64,000 nt of DNA, taken from Camelus ferus (lineage: Eukaryota). The position numbers and the translations under genes were made by a program. Every line of letters begins with the position of its first letter. Position 1 is the stretch's first letter. Of this stretch, positions 11,639 to 25,074 are shown piece after piece. Below the pieces are notes generated by a model, which saw nothing but the letters and a program-made list of their open reading frames with translations, was not told the DNA's origin and did not search any database. The stretch lies in assembly GCF_009834535.1 (NCBI RefSeq), contig NC_045696.1, positions 103,666,001 through 103,730,000 of the forward strand, given 5' to 3'.

Positions 11639-11999
11639 CTGTAAACAAAATATTTTAGTAAAAAATTTTTTTCTAATATATTTTTCCTACATGAACTTAA
11701 ATAAAAACTATCATCCTTAAAATGTTCAATTGTGTTTATCATAAACATAGGAAAATATCTAAGGAACATTTTACCCAAAAGCTAAATACAAAAAGAGCTA
11801 CGGAAGTAGCAGAGAGGTAAGAATAAGGTGGTGTAAAAATATCAAATTCCACCTTGCCTCTGTACCGTTCCTTATCAACTCAAATATAGCAGCACTGGGT
11901 TCTCTGGTTCACATGTAATCTGCTGGTGACTCAGAGTAAAAGTGTTCTATTTCAGTAAAGCTGCACAGGCTAGGAACTGTTTGAAGACTCTCCCACATT

Positions 12000-13700
12000 T
12001 CTCAAGATACCAATGTCACCCTCACACTTCCTCCTCACATTTTTACTGAAAACATCAAGGCCACTGGCAGGAACTTCCTCAACTACTGTGCACCTGAACA
12101 CGTCCGTCCCCACACAGGTCCTTCTACTTGACAAGGATGAGATGATCCTCCTCTTTCCTAAGACTACTCCACCCACACAGTAGGCAGTAAACACACAGTA
12201 AGCATTCGATCTATTTTAATTACAGCTTTCTTTACCAGACTGTTCACCTCATTCAAGTCTCAGAAAAATTCTCCCCTTAAATTATGGTTCTTCTATCTCT
12301 TTCCTTTCACAGACAAATATCTTAAAACTGTAATCCATTCTTACAGCCTCCACTTCCTCACCACCCACTCATGACTGTAACTCCTTATAATCTGGCTTCC
12401 TCACAGATCACCCTCCTAAAACCTCTCTCTAATCACCAAGTCTGATGATGAATTTTTAGTTCTCACTTTCCATGACTCCTTTATCTGAACGACTGACCAG
12501 ACAACCATCCCTGCTCTTCCCAGAGATACTCTTTCCTTTGAGTGCGCCCAGCACTATCCCAGCCACCTTCTGCTCTCTGTGCTTCTTCCTCTGGTACCTC
12601 TTCTTCCTCAGAACCTATAAACAGGGGTCTGTTCCAGGGTTTTATCTTTTATTTTGCTCTAAGAGCTGCACAGTGCTGTACAGTTTACAAAGTGCTTTCA
12701 CACCCATTATCTCTTTTGTTCATCAGAACACTGCTCTGAAGCAGGCAGGGCTAGATTTTTTATCCTCATCTCAAAAATGAGGAAGCTAAAGTACAGAAAT
12801 TAAGAGACATATTCAAGCTGAATACTTCATATGTGGCAGTGAGCTTCTTCACTTTTCTCCTTTACTGTGTACCTCTACTCCCCTGGCTTTCTTTCTTGAC
12901 TCTGTAAGCAAATCTTGAGTATCTACAACCATCACCCATCGTCATCATGAACTTCCTATGGGAGGATTTTACATGTCAGACCTCAAAGCTCATTAAGTCC
13001 CAAACTGAATCACTCATGTTTTCCTTCTTAACTTTTCTATTTTTCCAGATCTGAAACCATAAGGACATTTGACTCCTCCTTTTATCCTTTCTTCTATAAT
13101 CAGTTCATTACCTTGTCATTTGTAGTTTCTTTCTCTTCTGTCTCTTCCTCTCTATTTCCATATTACTCTCTTGGCTCAGACCCCTCTCTTCCTCCCCACC
13201 CCCCCTTTTTTTTTCAAACACCTAAACTGCAACAGTCTCTTGATCTCTGTTCTCTCTCAGCCATCTGGCCCACAGATCATGGTTAATTCTTCCCCAAACA
13301 CTGCATTACTCTTATTACTTACAGGTTCAAAAACATTCAGTGGCTAACACAGCACTGCAGCCTGGCTCTCAAGCCTTTCGTTAGTCAGATCTACTCTATC
13401 TTCTTAAGCTTAGTTCCCATTATTCTCTTATATAAAACTTTCAGTCAAATCACTACTTGCTGCTCTTTGGACATAACTTTGTTTTTCTGTCTCTATATCT
13501 CTGCTCAGAATGTTCCTTCTCTAATACTTTTTCCTCTGGCTTAACTCAGCTGGAACAGAGCTCCCCAATATCTACTGCTGTGTTTTACTGCTGTGTGTGT
13601 ATGTGCTGTGTGCACGCTTTGGGTCTCTTGCTCTAGCTAGATGACAAAGATTGAACCTTATCTTTATAATCAGCTCAGCAAAGGGTCCTTTGAATGAACG
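12000..13700 (+). mobile_element. LINE-2 remnant with a nested antisense MIR (~12660-12860)
   Basis: CT-rich L2-like motifs and a tgaatgaa terminus; boundaries approximate. Confidence 0.55.
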
Positions 13701-14884
13701 TTTCAAGGCCTAATAGGTACACTTGCAGATAGCAAACAAGTCAGGCCTTGACCTTCAAAGGGCCATCTGCTTGCTGCAGTTGCCCCTTTGTTTTCTGCAG
13801 GCTAGCTAGATACAGCAGCCATTTTTAAATGTAGAACTGAACTACATGAGTCCTTAACAGGGGAACAGAAAAGCCTCATATTGGTGCATTTCCTTTTGTT
13901 TCTCTTTTCCCCTTGCCTCCACCTCCACAATTCTTCCTACTTTGATTCTGCCATTTCTTCAACCTGTGTTCCTTTATTAATGTACAGTAATCAGGCATGG
14001 TTAGATGTGCTTTCACTATCTTCACTTTGAAATACCAAGAAAAACACACACAAAAAGAAGAAAAAGCACAAAATGTAACCCTTTTTTTTTTTTCAAATCT
14101 TCCCTACAAGTTAATCTCAACTGCAACATCTATGGTTAGAACACAGTCTTTTAGAATAGAGAGTTTGATTATTTTTGCTTTTTCCTGTGGTTTTCAAATA
14201 ATACGGAAAAGGATTTCTTTACCAAATGCTCCACAATAAAGAACTCCAAAGCACTGTATCTGGGACAGTTTCAAGGCAGCTGAAGTTCTCCACGGAAATA
14301 AGCATGTGTCCAGAGTGATTTAGCTAAAAAGATGTTAATAATAAGGCCCTAATCATATAGTACTTTATAATCTCAAAACATTTTTCCATTGGAACCTCAT
14401 AAAAACTCTTCGGAGTCAGGTAGGGCTGCTGCTGTTTTCTCATACAAAATTATCCTTTCACAGGATGAGAAAGTTAAGTCTCCCATTGAGTGATTTGTTA
14501 AAACTCAAATGAGACTATAACTCAGATCTGCCAAGTGATATCATACCTATTTCACTAGTGGTTTTCAAACAGTTCCGTGCAGGAGAGTTCTGTGGCCACT
14601 GCACGTCAGGTCGGGGGTTGGGTGGGGGGGTGTGTTCGAAGTAGGGTGTGATGCTGACTGGGTGCGGTCCTAGACCTCTCTATCCTCAAATCAATCAGAG
14701 CTCTGCCTTTGTTTGTTTTATGCACTGGGCCTCCACTGTATTACACCCTGGTTCTACTGCTTTCAGGAGAGAAATGCTCAGTTGCACTAGTTCATAAAAT
14801 GATTATTATAGCCAGGATATGAAAAAAGAAAGTAAAACAGCATTCAACAGTCAATGTCAACAATTAAATAAAACAAAAAGTTAC

Positions 14885-14957
14885 CTCAAAATAAAAGATT
14901 TCATTAAACTGCGGGTTGCTTGTTTTCTTCTTTACTTTTGTCTTCTTTTGGTCATTC
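14885..14957 (-). CDS. RASA2: RASA2 coding exon (~exon 7), C2B polybasic strand: [24 protein letters not shown]
   Basis: 73 nt; acceptor GGAACAG|G, donor GAG|GTAACT. Confidence 0.95.
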
Positions 14958-16604
14958 CTGTTCCAATGTGGTAGAGTTTTACCTTGTAGAACTTAACAGT
15001 ACACAATTATAAAACATGCTAATTCCAACCAGGGAGCCTGACCTCTGTTTAACTGTTAAGATGACTCAGGGAAGGCCGTAGTTTTAAATATTAATTGGGG
15101 AAAAAAAACTGAGGTGTCTCTAAAAACTCTAATCAAAGAATACACAAGTTTTGTATATCTGACATATGCCAAGATTTTATTATTCTGTCTCTTGGCTGTA
15201 CTAGATTGACTGCCAAGCTTACTTCAGGGGTTCTTAGGAACACATTCTATTATATAAGCAACTCAAAATAAATGATAGAAGGAAAACAATGAGAGTCAGA
15301 GTACCTTTATCTATGTTGAATAATACCCGAGGAACACGGAAAGCATTCTTAACTCAGCTTACTTCTTGGGCTTCAGCTACAATGTGGCTTTTTGAAAAAC
15401 TTCTTATTTTGAAATAATTATAGATTCAGAGGAGGTTGCAAAGAAACGTACAGGGAAGTCCCATGTAGCCTTTCCCCAGCCTCCCCCAAAGTTAACATCT
15501 TATACAACTACAGTATAATATCAAAACCAATAGTGATTTTTTTAAAACAAATTAATTTGCCAATAGTTTCTAGCTGTATATTACTGAACAATTACACTAA
15601 AGAATCTGTCAGGTACAGATTATAAACAAGAACAAAACCCCAAAACAGCTCCACTAGATTAAGCGTTTTTAACATGCAAATTAAATCCCTCTGATAGCAT
15701 GCGTGCTACAGAACTGAGTATCAGCTTTTAAATTTAAAACCATCTATGGTAATAATAGGATACTATTGTTTGAACATCTAATAAGTGCCAGGTATGGTGC
15801 TAGGTACTTTACATACGTGGAGACAGATACATTTTTCAAAGTGACTTACTGGTGACTTTATAAAAAAATAAAAGTACCTAGAGAGCTTGGGGTTGGGAAG
15901 AAGGTGTGTGTGTGTATATATGCGTTTGTGTAGAGGGAAAATTGTGCTTTTTGTTTCCTGATTCTAAACCTTTAAGTTGTAGACAAATTTCAGACTAGTC
16001 AGGCTCTGAAAGAAACCATAATGAAGTTATAAAGTACAAACTACTACAAAGTGCTATAGATGTTCCATAAATTATCGTGAGTAATTTAAATCAATGACAC
16101 AGTGTACTTCACCGTATTCTGACTTGAGCAGTTTGTCTGTGGCTTGGAATTCTCTCTGAGGAGCACAGATACCATGAGGAGAAAAGGTATTCTTAGTTTT
16201 GAGCTGCTTTCCAGATAAAAATATGGAAATTTCCCTGCTATTCTGAGATAGCATTTATTAAAATAGGATTTTACCTGCAATAACATGTAATACATTTGAA
16301 AGCAGGACAGCTGATGATAAATGAAGAAGGTCAAATTTATGTTTTAGAGTACATTTTAACCACTATAAAATTGAGGTTGCTTCCCAAAGCCTGAGAGTCT
16401 GGCAGATTTGAAATGGCACCCATTTTCTTTTACAAAAACAGGAGCTGGTTGGTTGCAACTGTATAACAGAACTAAAGATCTTTCTTTCAAAGCGTTCATT
16501 ACTTTGTGTCATAAATAGGTATTTAGCATGTGCTCTTAAAACCTTGATTTTGTAATTCTTGAACTTTAAAACTAAAAATCTAGTAATAATTCAATAAACA
16601 TTAC

Positions 16605-16688
16605 CTAGAAGGGCCCACTAGAGAAACTGTTGCATAAGGGTCACAGCTTTGTCCATTTATGAGAGGCAACCCATGGCATGCCTTGATG
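16605..16688 (-). CDS. RASA2: RASA2 coding exon (~exon 6), C2B start: [28 protein letters not shown]
   Basis: 84 nt; acceptor TTCTTCCTTAG|C, donor AG|GTAATG. Confidence 0.96.
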
Positions 16689-18639
16689 CTAAGGAAGAAC
16701 AAAGGAAAATTAAGGTATTACATTCAAATTAAACAACATAAAACATTATCTTTAAATACAAATTAATATATTCAAAGGGTTATAGCTGTTTTCCACGTCT
16801 GCAATAGTATGCCTGTGTATCACCTAAGCCAAACATATGTATGTACGCACTTATTTACTTACGTGTATTTCCAAAATAGGACCAGACCACCACAGTCAGT
16901 ACTAAGACTACCAAATAACGTTTAGCACACAAAGTACCCAACAAGGTACACTCTGTGGTTTAATTATACATTAAAACTGCTGTGGCTTCTAAAAAGGAAA
17001 AGAAAGCGGTATGAACCTTAAAGGAGAAACTACAAACCAAGTCAGATCTGTGGCATCGTATGCTCTGCTAGAGCATGAATGAGAAACAAGGAAACAACTG
17101 TGGTTTCCACTTAAAATCTGATTCATAAATAAAGGGCAAACCGCACACAATTCTGTATGTAGCCTTTTATTCTGACTCTCAGTAACAGCTCCTGCAACAT
17201 TCTGCAGAAAATGCTTTAGACCATAAAAAAAAAACATTATCTCATCCACTCCATGGGTAATAGTCATTGGTATTTACAGAGAATACAGAATCTAACTTAA
17301 TGACCTGCTCCTCAAATTTTCTCACTAAATTACTGAGTTCATGAATCTAGGTTAGCATCTAAGTGTCTGCATTTCCTAATGCCTGAAAAAAACTCATGAG
17401 TGCTGGAGAAACATATTCTTTGTTGAAAGATGTGGGCTACTGAGCAACATCCTAATTTCTCTCCACAACCCCACAGATCATATACGTGGGTGAAGTGCAA
17501 ATGGTGCACTGACGAGTAAAGAAACAAATGATAATATGACTCATTTCTATTAAGTTGGGTATCAAAAATCAAAGTTAAAACATTTCTGAAACTAACCAAA
17601 GAAAGCACAGGCCAAGATGGTAATTCTGACTGTTAATGTCAGGCTTAGGTACAGTCAGATTTTCCCACTGTGCGTACTGTTTGAAATTTACACTTCTCAG
17701 GGTAAACCTCAAAATGATACCTGATTTTTACACAGTATTTGCAGTTTACTATTTATTTTCACAAAAATGCCATCTAATTCTCACAACTACCTTTGAGAAG
17801 AGCATCACCACAACATTTTAAAGAAGAAAGTAAAGCTCAGAAAGGTTATGTGAGAAAGTAACAAAACAAGACTAAAGAGGCAGCACAGCTTCTCAGAAGT
17901 GGGCCAAGACTCAACTCCCACTTTCTTAATCCTGTTTCTAAAGTCCGGGGTCCTCCAACATTCCCACTGTGCCTGAATATATTGTATTACTTTCCTTGTT
18001 AATACCAAATTTATCTCATGTAAGCACTAATAATGAGAAATCTTAATTACAGAAATTCACCATGATTTTATGAGGTACAAAAGCACTGAGAAAACTTCAG
18101 TTCAGTATACAAAGACCTCCAAAAGGATACCCATAAACAAACAAACAAACAAAGCCAAACCCCCCTCAAAAAAAATGCCCACAAGCCAAAAGTATGAATT
18201 TATAAAAATCATCAGAAGTACTCTTAATTTTTAAATGTTAAGTTTAAAAATTGAAACAAACTTAGTAATACTATTAAATCCAGATTGTTTTATTTGTTAC
18301 ATATATATATAAAATGTTTTCCAAATTACCTAGGATATAACTATTCTTCTAATTGGTAAGGCAAGCAATTTTACATCATAAACCATGGGTGAGCCAGAAA
18401 CAAATGTTAAAATAAACTTAGTACACTAAATTATCTTGTATTTTATTTATATATGACATATAAAGCATTTGATATGAACACATTTTCTAGAAATCACAAA
18501 GGAAAATAAATTTAGTCCAAGTTTCTTTATAATACAGAATGACCCATTCTTTTCCTTGGATTTTTTTGTTTGTTTTTAACTAAAAGACAAATATTAGCTT
18601 CTACATACAGGAGTACATAGTACAGGGAGTAACAGGGAA

Positions 18640-20620
18640 TGGATTTAGCCTGCCACCTCAAAGAACTTAAAAAAATGGGTAAAATCAGCAATGCAGGACA
18701 GTGATCTGTGAGTGGGGAACAAACAAGGTGAGCCCTCCAACTGTCCCAGCCCACTTTCAGATGGTCTCCCTGTGAAAAAACAGAGAGCTGTCAGCTGGGG
18801 AAGGCCAAAGTGATGAGAGTTCTCTGGGCAGAGTCCTGGAAGAAGGAAAGCTGCACAGAGAGAAAGAAGCCTCCGGAAAGCCACAAAAAATCCCCCTCTA
18901 GAGTCTTCAGCTGACTGCTGATAAGCATACACATGTGAGGAAACTATCTGAGGCTGGGGAAAGAACCATTAGAAAAGAGCGGAGAGTATAACGGAAAAGA
19001 ATCTGAAAAGAAAAATAAATACATGTGTATGTTTAAAAAACAAAAAAGAGCAGAGGGATGGGCCACTTGGTAATTCATGGGTGCTGCTTCAACAGTGGGA
19101 AAATATCGGCCCTGGACTAAGGCTACTATTGCTCCAACTGACAAAGCTTAAAAGCAAACCACAAATGAACCAACTGCTTCCAAGTAACTTCACTGAGCCT
19201 TCAAATATACTCACAGGAATATAAAAATATCCAGCAACTACACAATGTCTAGCATCCAAAAGAAAATAATCAGGAACATGAAGAATCAAGAAAATATGAC
19301 CCACGATGAAGAAGAAAAATGAATCAATAGTAATAGATCCAGAAATGACACGGGGGATAGAATACATAGACAAGGCCATTATGAAACAAGTACAACTGTA
19401 TTTCATACATTCGGGAGAGACAAAGGACACTTTAAAAACTGAATATCTAGAGATGAAAAATACAAGGTCTGACATGAAAAACACACTGAGTGGGATTAAA
19501 AGATTAGATATGACAGAAGAAAAGATTAGCAAACATGAAGATAGAGTAATAGATACATAATAAATAGATATATAAATGGTCTAAACATGACAATTAAAAG
19601 CAGAGATTTTCAGATTGGACAAAACAAAAATTATATGCTGATTTTAAGAAACTCCTTTAAATGTAAGATAAAATTAGGTTAAAAGTAAAAGAGTGGAAAA
19701 ATGTATACCATGCTAATACTAATTAAGAGAAAGATTCAATGAGTAATAACAACAAAATGTCCATTAGTAAGGGTCTAGTTGAATAAATTATAGTGAATCT
19801 ATATGATCTAATTCTATGTAGTTGTCAAAAAGAATGAAGTAAATCTCTATTCTCTAATTACTCTGATATAGAGTGATCTTTAGGATATATTCTTACATGA
19901 AAAAAGAGGAAGTTACAGAACACTATATGTTGTGTAAGAATGGGGTAGGAAACATGAATTTTTTTATCTATTTATGTGTGTAAATATTTTTTGCTTATAT
20001 GTGCAAAAATACTGGAAAGAAAGACAAAAACTTTTAAATACAGGAGTAAAGAGGGTAAAGGACTGGAAATGGACTTGCCCAAATATACCTTACATAGTTC
20101 TGACTTTGGAAACATACATTTCAAAAGTAAAATCAAACTTAGGAAATAACCCTTTAAAATAACAGAGAAACTACTTTAAAAAAAGAGAGAGAGAGAATTA
20201 GTTCAAAGGACGAGAGCGCAGTATTTGACTCTACATTCTTAGTATTATATATTCTTAAAACAAACAGAACAGTAAAATCTAAAACTTCAGTTAACCTAAT
20301 TATCAGTGGTAATGTTGATATCACTATTTTGAATCTATTTTCTGTATCTTATAAGACAATGTAAATATAAGTAACTATGTTAATGTTGTTAAGTAATGAT
20401 GTAATGTAAGGGATTAAGATTTTCAATGTAACAGGAAAGACAGAAGTATAAAATCAAAGTTAGATTAAAAATCTTGTAATACTAAATTTAAATTAGAAAC
20501 ATAAAAAAAGAAGAAAATAAACCAGTCAGCCATCCATCCAGAGTGGCTATATTAATATCAAATAAAGCAGATTTCACAACAAAGAATATTACCAATATCA
20601 GAATGAAGCAGATTATTTTA
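18640..20620 (+). mobile_element. Old LINE-1 remnants (5'/ORF1-like, ORF2 start and 3' pieces)
   Basis: A-rich; ORF 19306..19560 resembles the ORF1p coiled coil (EMKNTRSDMKNTLSGIKRLDMTEEKISKHED); ORF2 start motif aatggtctaaac; boundaries approximate. Confidence 0.65.
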
Positions 20621-20659
20621 TAATAATGAGAAGAGTTTAACTTTTCTGTTTGCCTCTCA

Positions 20660-22700
20660 AAATTTCTTGACCTTTCACTTCTTACCCCACTGAAATCTAG
20701 TTGTTGCTACACTTACTCTATAGAAACTCTTCTCATTAAGGTCAAATGATATCCATATTTTTCAGGGCTCTTCTTGCCGGACTTCTTGGTTGCATGCAAT
20801 ATTCCTGATCAATCTCTCCTTGAAACCTTCTCTCTTGGTTTCCTTGACCTCACTCTCCTAATTTCCCTCATACGACTTACCTGTCTCCTTCATGTCTTCC
20901 TCACATGTTATTCTACCTCTACTGCTGGATTCACTCTCAGTCAACTCCTCTCTTTACACTACATAACCTCCCTCTAAGCCTACTTCTAGCTATCGTGTCG
21001 ATTCTTATGGTCACAACTACCATCAGCCTTATTTTTCTATATGAGATCTCACCACAGAGCTCAAGATTTTTATATCCAAATGCTGGATGGAAATCCCTAC
21101 CTGGATGCTCAAGAACAGCTAAAGCTCAACTCATTATCATCTCTTATTAAAGCAGTTCCTCCTCCCGTATTTCCTCTTTGTTGTATATACCACCACCACC
21201 CAAGTAAAAATCTAGAAATCTAGGAGCTACTCTTAAATTCCTTCTTCTTCATCATGTTCTACATCTAATCAGTAAGTGTCAGTGATTCTACTCTTTAAAC
21301 ATGTCTTCACCAGTCCTCTTCTCATATCAGCAAATTATTGCTCTGACACAGAATCCATCACCTCTCACTTGGATCCCCCAACACCCTTCAAACTCACTTC
21401 CCAGCTTCTACACTAACTGCTGTCACAAATCTGATCTTTCTAAAATGCAAATCTGTCCATTCTCTATTGTCTAAAATCTTCCAGTAATTTCACAGGCTCA
21501 TATAAGTTTTATATGTTCATATGGTACATAAGAGCTTCCAAGATCTAGCTCCAACCTCTTTCACCAATTTCTGACCAATCTTTGACTCAAGATTCATATA
21601 CTGCTTTTAATTACACACCAAAACACAGGCTGTTTCTTGCCTCCATATTTTGGCCTATATTATTCTTTCCTTTTGGGAAAAAAAAAAACCCTCACTATTT
21701 CTAGGCTAGCCATTTTCTATTCATCCTTTAAGACAAATGCTACCTTTCTTCATTTACTTGTTTCAAAGATTTATTTATTCATCTTACTTATGCTTATTAA
21801 GTACCAGGTTCTGGGGCGATGAGGTGAATAAGACACAGTCCCTGCCCTCATGAAGCTTATAGTCCACGTTAATAAGGAGATGATGAACAATAAAGAAACA
21901 ATAATAATAATTACAAAGAGTGGTAAGTGTATGGAGGAAAAAGAATAGAGCACCCTGTTTTAGAGGAAGTGATATTTAAGCTGAAACTTAAAAGATAAGA
22001 AGGAACCAGCTAGAAGAAGAATAGGCATAATGGGCATTCCAGGCAGAAGGAAAGGCAGATGTAAACATCGAAGCTGGGAGAGTAATGTCACGTTGAGGAC
22101 CTGAGAGAAGGGCAGCAAGCACATGCACAAGAGGAAACATGTCACCAAATGAAATCAAAGAGAGACAGGCAGGGTCACTGGATCTTGTGGGCCAAGATAA
22201 GGAGGTTGGAGTTTATTCTAAATGCACTAAGTATCTGAGCAGAGGAATGACATGATCTAATTTATGTTTCAAAAGACTGCTCTGTGCTGCTTACAAAGAG
22301 AACGGATTGCAGATTGGAAGACCAGCTAAGAGATTATTGATATAGTCAAGGTAAGAAATGGTTGGTGGTTTGAAATAAGGAGACTTCAGCAGATATCATT
22401 AAAAATTAGAAAATTCAAAAAATACTTATATAGAATCAATAAGAAGTGGATCCAATGTGTAGGGAGAGAGAGAAGGAAAGATTTTCAATGACTCTCAGAT
22501 TTCTGACTAAAGCAATTAGGTGGATGGTGGTACCACCTGCTAAGGCTATCAGGAGGAACTAGATAGATATAAGAATCAATATTTCAGTTTTAAGTATGTT
22601 AAATTTGCGATGCTGTGAGACATCATAGTGCATTTGCCAAAAAGGCAGGTGCACATGTGAGTTTGGAGATAGGAAAAAAAAAAAAAAGAAAATCAGGATT
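20660..22700. mobile_element. Two LINE-2 remnants tail-to-tail (+ ~20660-21740, - ~21770-22700)
   Basis: CT-rich L2 body followed by an antisense L2 3' end (gtgaataagacacagtccctgccctcatgaagcttatagt). Confidence 0.6.
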
Positions 22701-22719
22701 GGATGCATAAGAAGCAGAC

Positions 22720-24000
22720 AATTTTTTAAACTTTTTATTATGAAATAATTTCTAACTTTTAAAAAGTTGTAAAAACAATATATAGAGTTTCTATATACCT
22801 ATCACCTAATGTTAGCATTTTGTGTAACCAGGGTAGAATTATAGAAACAGGAAACTAACACTGATACAATGTTAGTTAACAATTATATAACAAATCTACA
22901 AACCTTACTTAAATGTCATCAATGTCCTTTTTCTGTCCATGATGCAATATAAGATCTCAACTTGTATTTAGTTGTCATGTCTTCTCAGGCTCCTCCATCA
23001 TAAAACAGGTCCTTAGTTTTCCTTCTTTGCATCACAATCTTGCCAACTGGCCAGTTATTTTGAAGAATATTTCTTAAATTGCATTTGTCTGGTGCTTGCT
23101 CATGATTAGATTGAGGTTATGCATCTCAGTGTCCTCAATGCAACATACCAGGAGGTACTGAATGTCTCATTACCAGAGACATTAACTTTGATCATTCAGT
23201 TAAGGTGGTAACTACCATTTTATAGGGTTATTTGTTGAGACTATGGAAATATGCTGTTTGTCATTATGCTTATGCCCACTTATTGAGCATCTATAGATGA
23301 TGTGACCCTGTACTAATTATTATTGTAGTGTTTGCTAATAGTTATTTTTCTATTTCCATCATTTATCCTACATTCATCACTTAGAATTCTACTATAAGGA
23401 AAAAGTCCTTTGTCCCCCCATGTATTTGTTATATCAGCATTGGCTCATGGATATTAGTTTTATTCTATAGCTTTTAATCCATCATTATCATTATTTATTT
23501 TGATGCTCAAATTGTCCCAGATTTGATTATTTGGAGCTCTTTCAAGCTGGCTTCAATGTCCTTTCCATATGCCCTCATTATTTTTTGAGCAATTCCTCAC
23601 TTTCTGACTCCATAGAGACTCTGGGCTCACCTTATATTTTCCCTGTCCAAACCCAGAAAATAGGCACTGCTGAAAAAAAAAAAAAGGCTAGGTTCTTTTT
23701 ACTTGGAGCAACTCTTATATTATAGCCATAGCTATGTGTGGCTATTTAAATTTTAATTAAATAAAATTAGATAAAATTTAAAATTTAGTTCTTTAGTTAC
23801 ACTAACCACATTTCAAGTTTTCAATAGTCACACATGCGCCAGTGGCTACGGTATTGGACAGTTAAGACATGAAATATTTTCATCATCACAGAAAGATCTG
23901 GTGGACAGCGCTGACTGGAGAATGATATTTAGAAACCAAGATACGGATGCTAAATATATGCATGCTACTGGGATGACATTGCTTCCAGGCCTTCTCAGTG
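22720..24000 (-). mobile_element. Old L1MC/ME-type 3' region interrupting an L2
   Basis: ctttttattatgaaataatttc start; attaactttgatcattcagttaaggtgg; tgatgctcaaattgtcccagatttg. Confidence 0.6.
23709..23913 (-). mobile_element. MER3/MER33-like hAT-Charlie MITE
   Basis: tgtggctatttaaatt...ccacatttcaag...agtggctacggtattggacag...ggacagcgctg end, with internal palindromy. Confidence 0.75.
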
Positions 24001-24018
24001 AACAGAGCTAGTGTGTAT

Positions 24019-24020
<2 letters not shown>

Positions 24021-24050
<30 letters not shown>
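24021..24050. repeat. (AC)n microsatellite
   Basis: About 15 AC units, read directly. Confidence 0.95.
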
Positions 24051-24052
<2 letters not shown>

Positions 24053-25074
24053 CTCCTATATCTATTAGACAATTTTACTTTAAGAAGTCTGCCTTCAAAG
24101 GAGAGTAAAGAATGGGGATGGTAGCTTAGGAAGGAGGCTGGAGATGAGGTCTGGGAAGGCATGTCTTTGAGAATGGGAGATCCTAGAACATGTTTACATG
24201 CTGATGAAAACAATCTAAGAGAGAGGGTAAAGCTGATGAAACAGAAGGAAAAACTGAAGGAGCAAAGTCCTTGAGTAGGGGAAATAGAATCCAGAGCTTA
24301 GTTGGAAAAAGTCACTCCCAACAAAAGAAGAGGTACTTCCTCTACTATAACACAAAGACAAAAAGATGGATGCCAAGACAGGTTTGCAGACTTGGATTCA
24401 GGAAAATGTAACCAATTTACAGTCTACAATGATGGAGAATCTCATAGGTGTATTAGAGAAGCACAGTGAAATGCCATGGTAGTTGTAAGTACCCATGTGA
24501 GGTTTGCAATCATGAATTTAAAGTAAAATCTGTCTTTCTGTGTGATTTTTCTCTAGCAATATTAAGGTGCAGACTGAACACAGAGGGAGAGGTTGAGGGA
24601 TATATATCCCTATATAAATAAAAAAGGGATAAAGAGAAGAGCAGGGGAGGTTAGCGAACCTGTAAGAAAATGACCACAGTGACAGACCACGGAAAAAGAC
24701 CCAAGGGAAGTTAAAATAGGAGCAGGTAAGAATGTGGTAAAGATCAGTGGATCGAGGTCTTCCTGAAGTTCAAGAAATATTGCAGTGGGGAGCTTCCAGG
24801 TCTAGAGGATAAGAGCAACTGCTGGGATATGAATCTTTTCACACAGTACTCCCCAAAAGTATGTGTTCAGCAAGGAGCACAAAGACGACGATATATGAAA
24901 CTATGCCTTCAACACTGTTGAGAAACAGAATACCACAAACTTTCAAAATACTTCTAAAGTTGAGAAATCAGCAATAAATTCCACAAAGCTACTACTGGAG
25001 CTCTGTTGCTGTAAGCATGGACAGCGAAGGCTTATGTGGGAAAAAAAGGAAAGAATGCAGACCAGCATATGTCC

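Noticed and set aside
19089..19560. 147-aa hydrophobic ORF resembling a membrane protein
   Set aside because: It is the antisense reading of an A-rich L1 ORF1 remnant; T-richness creates spurious hydrophobicity.
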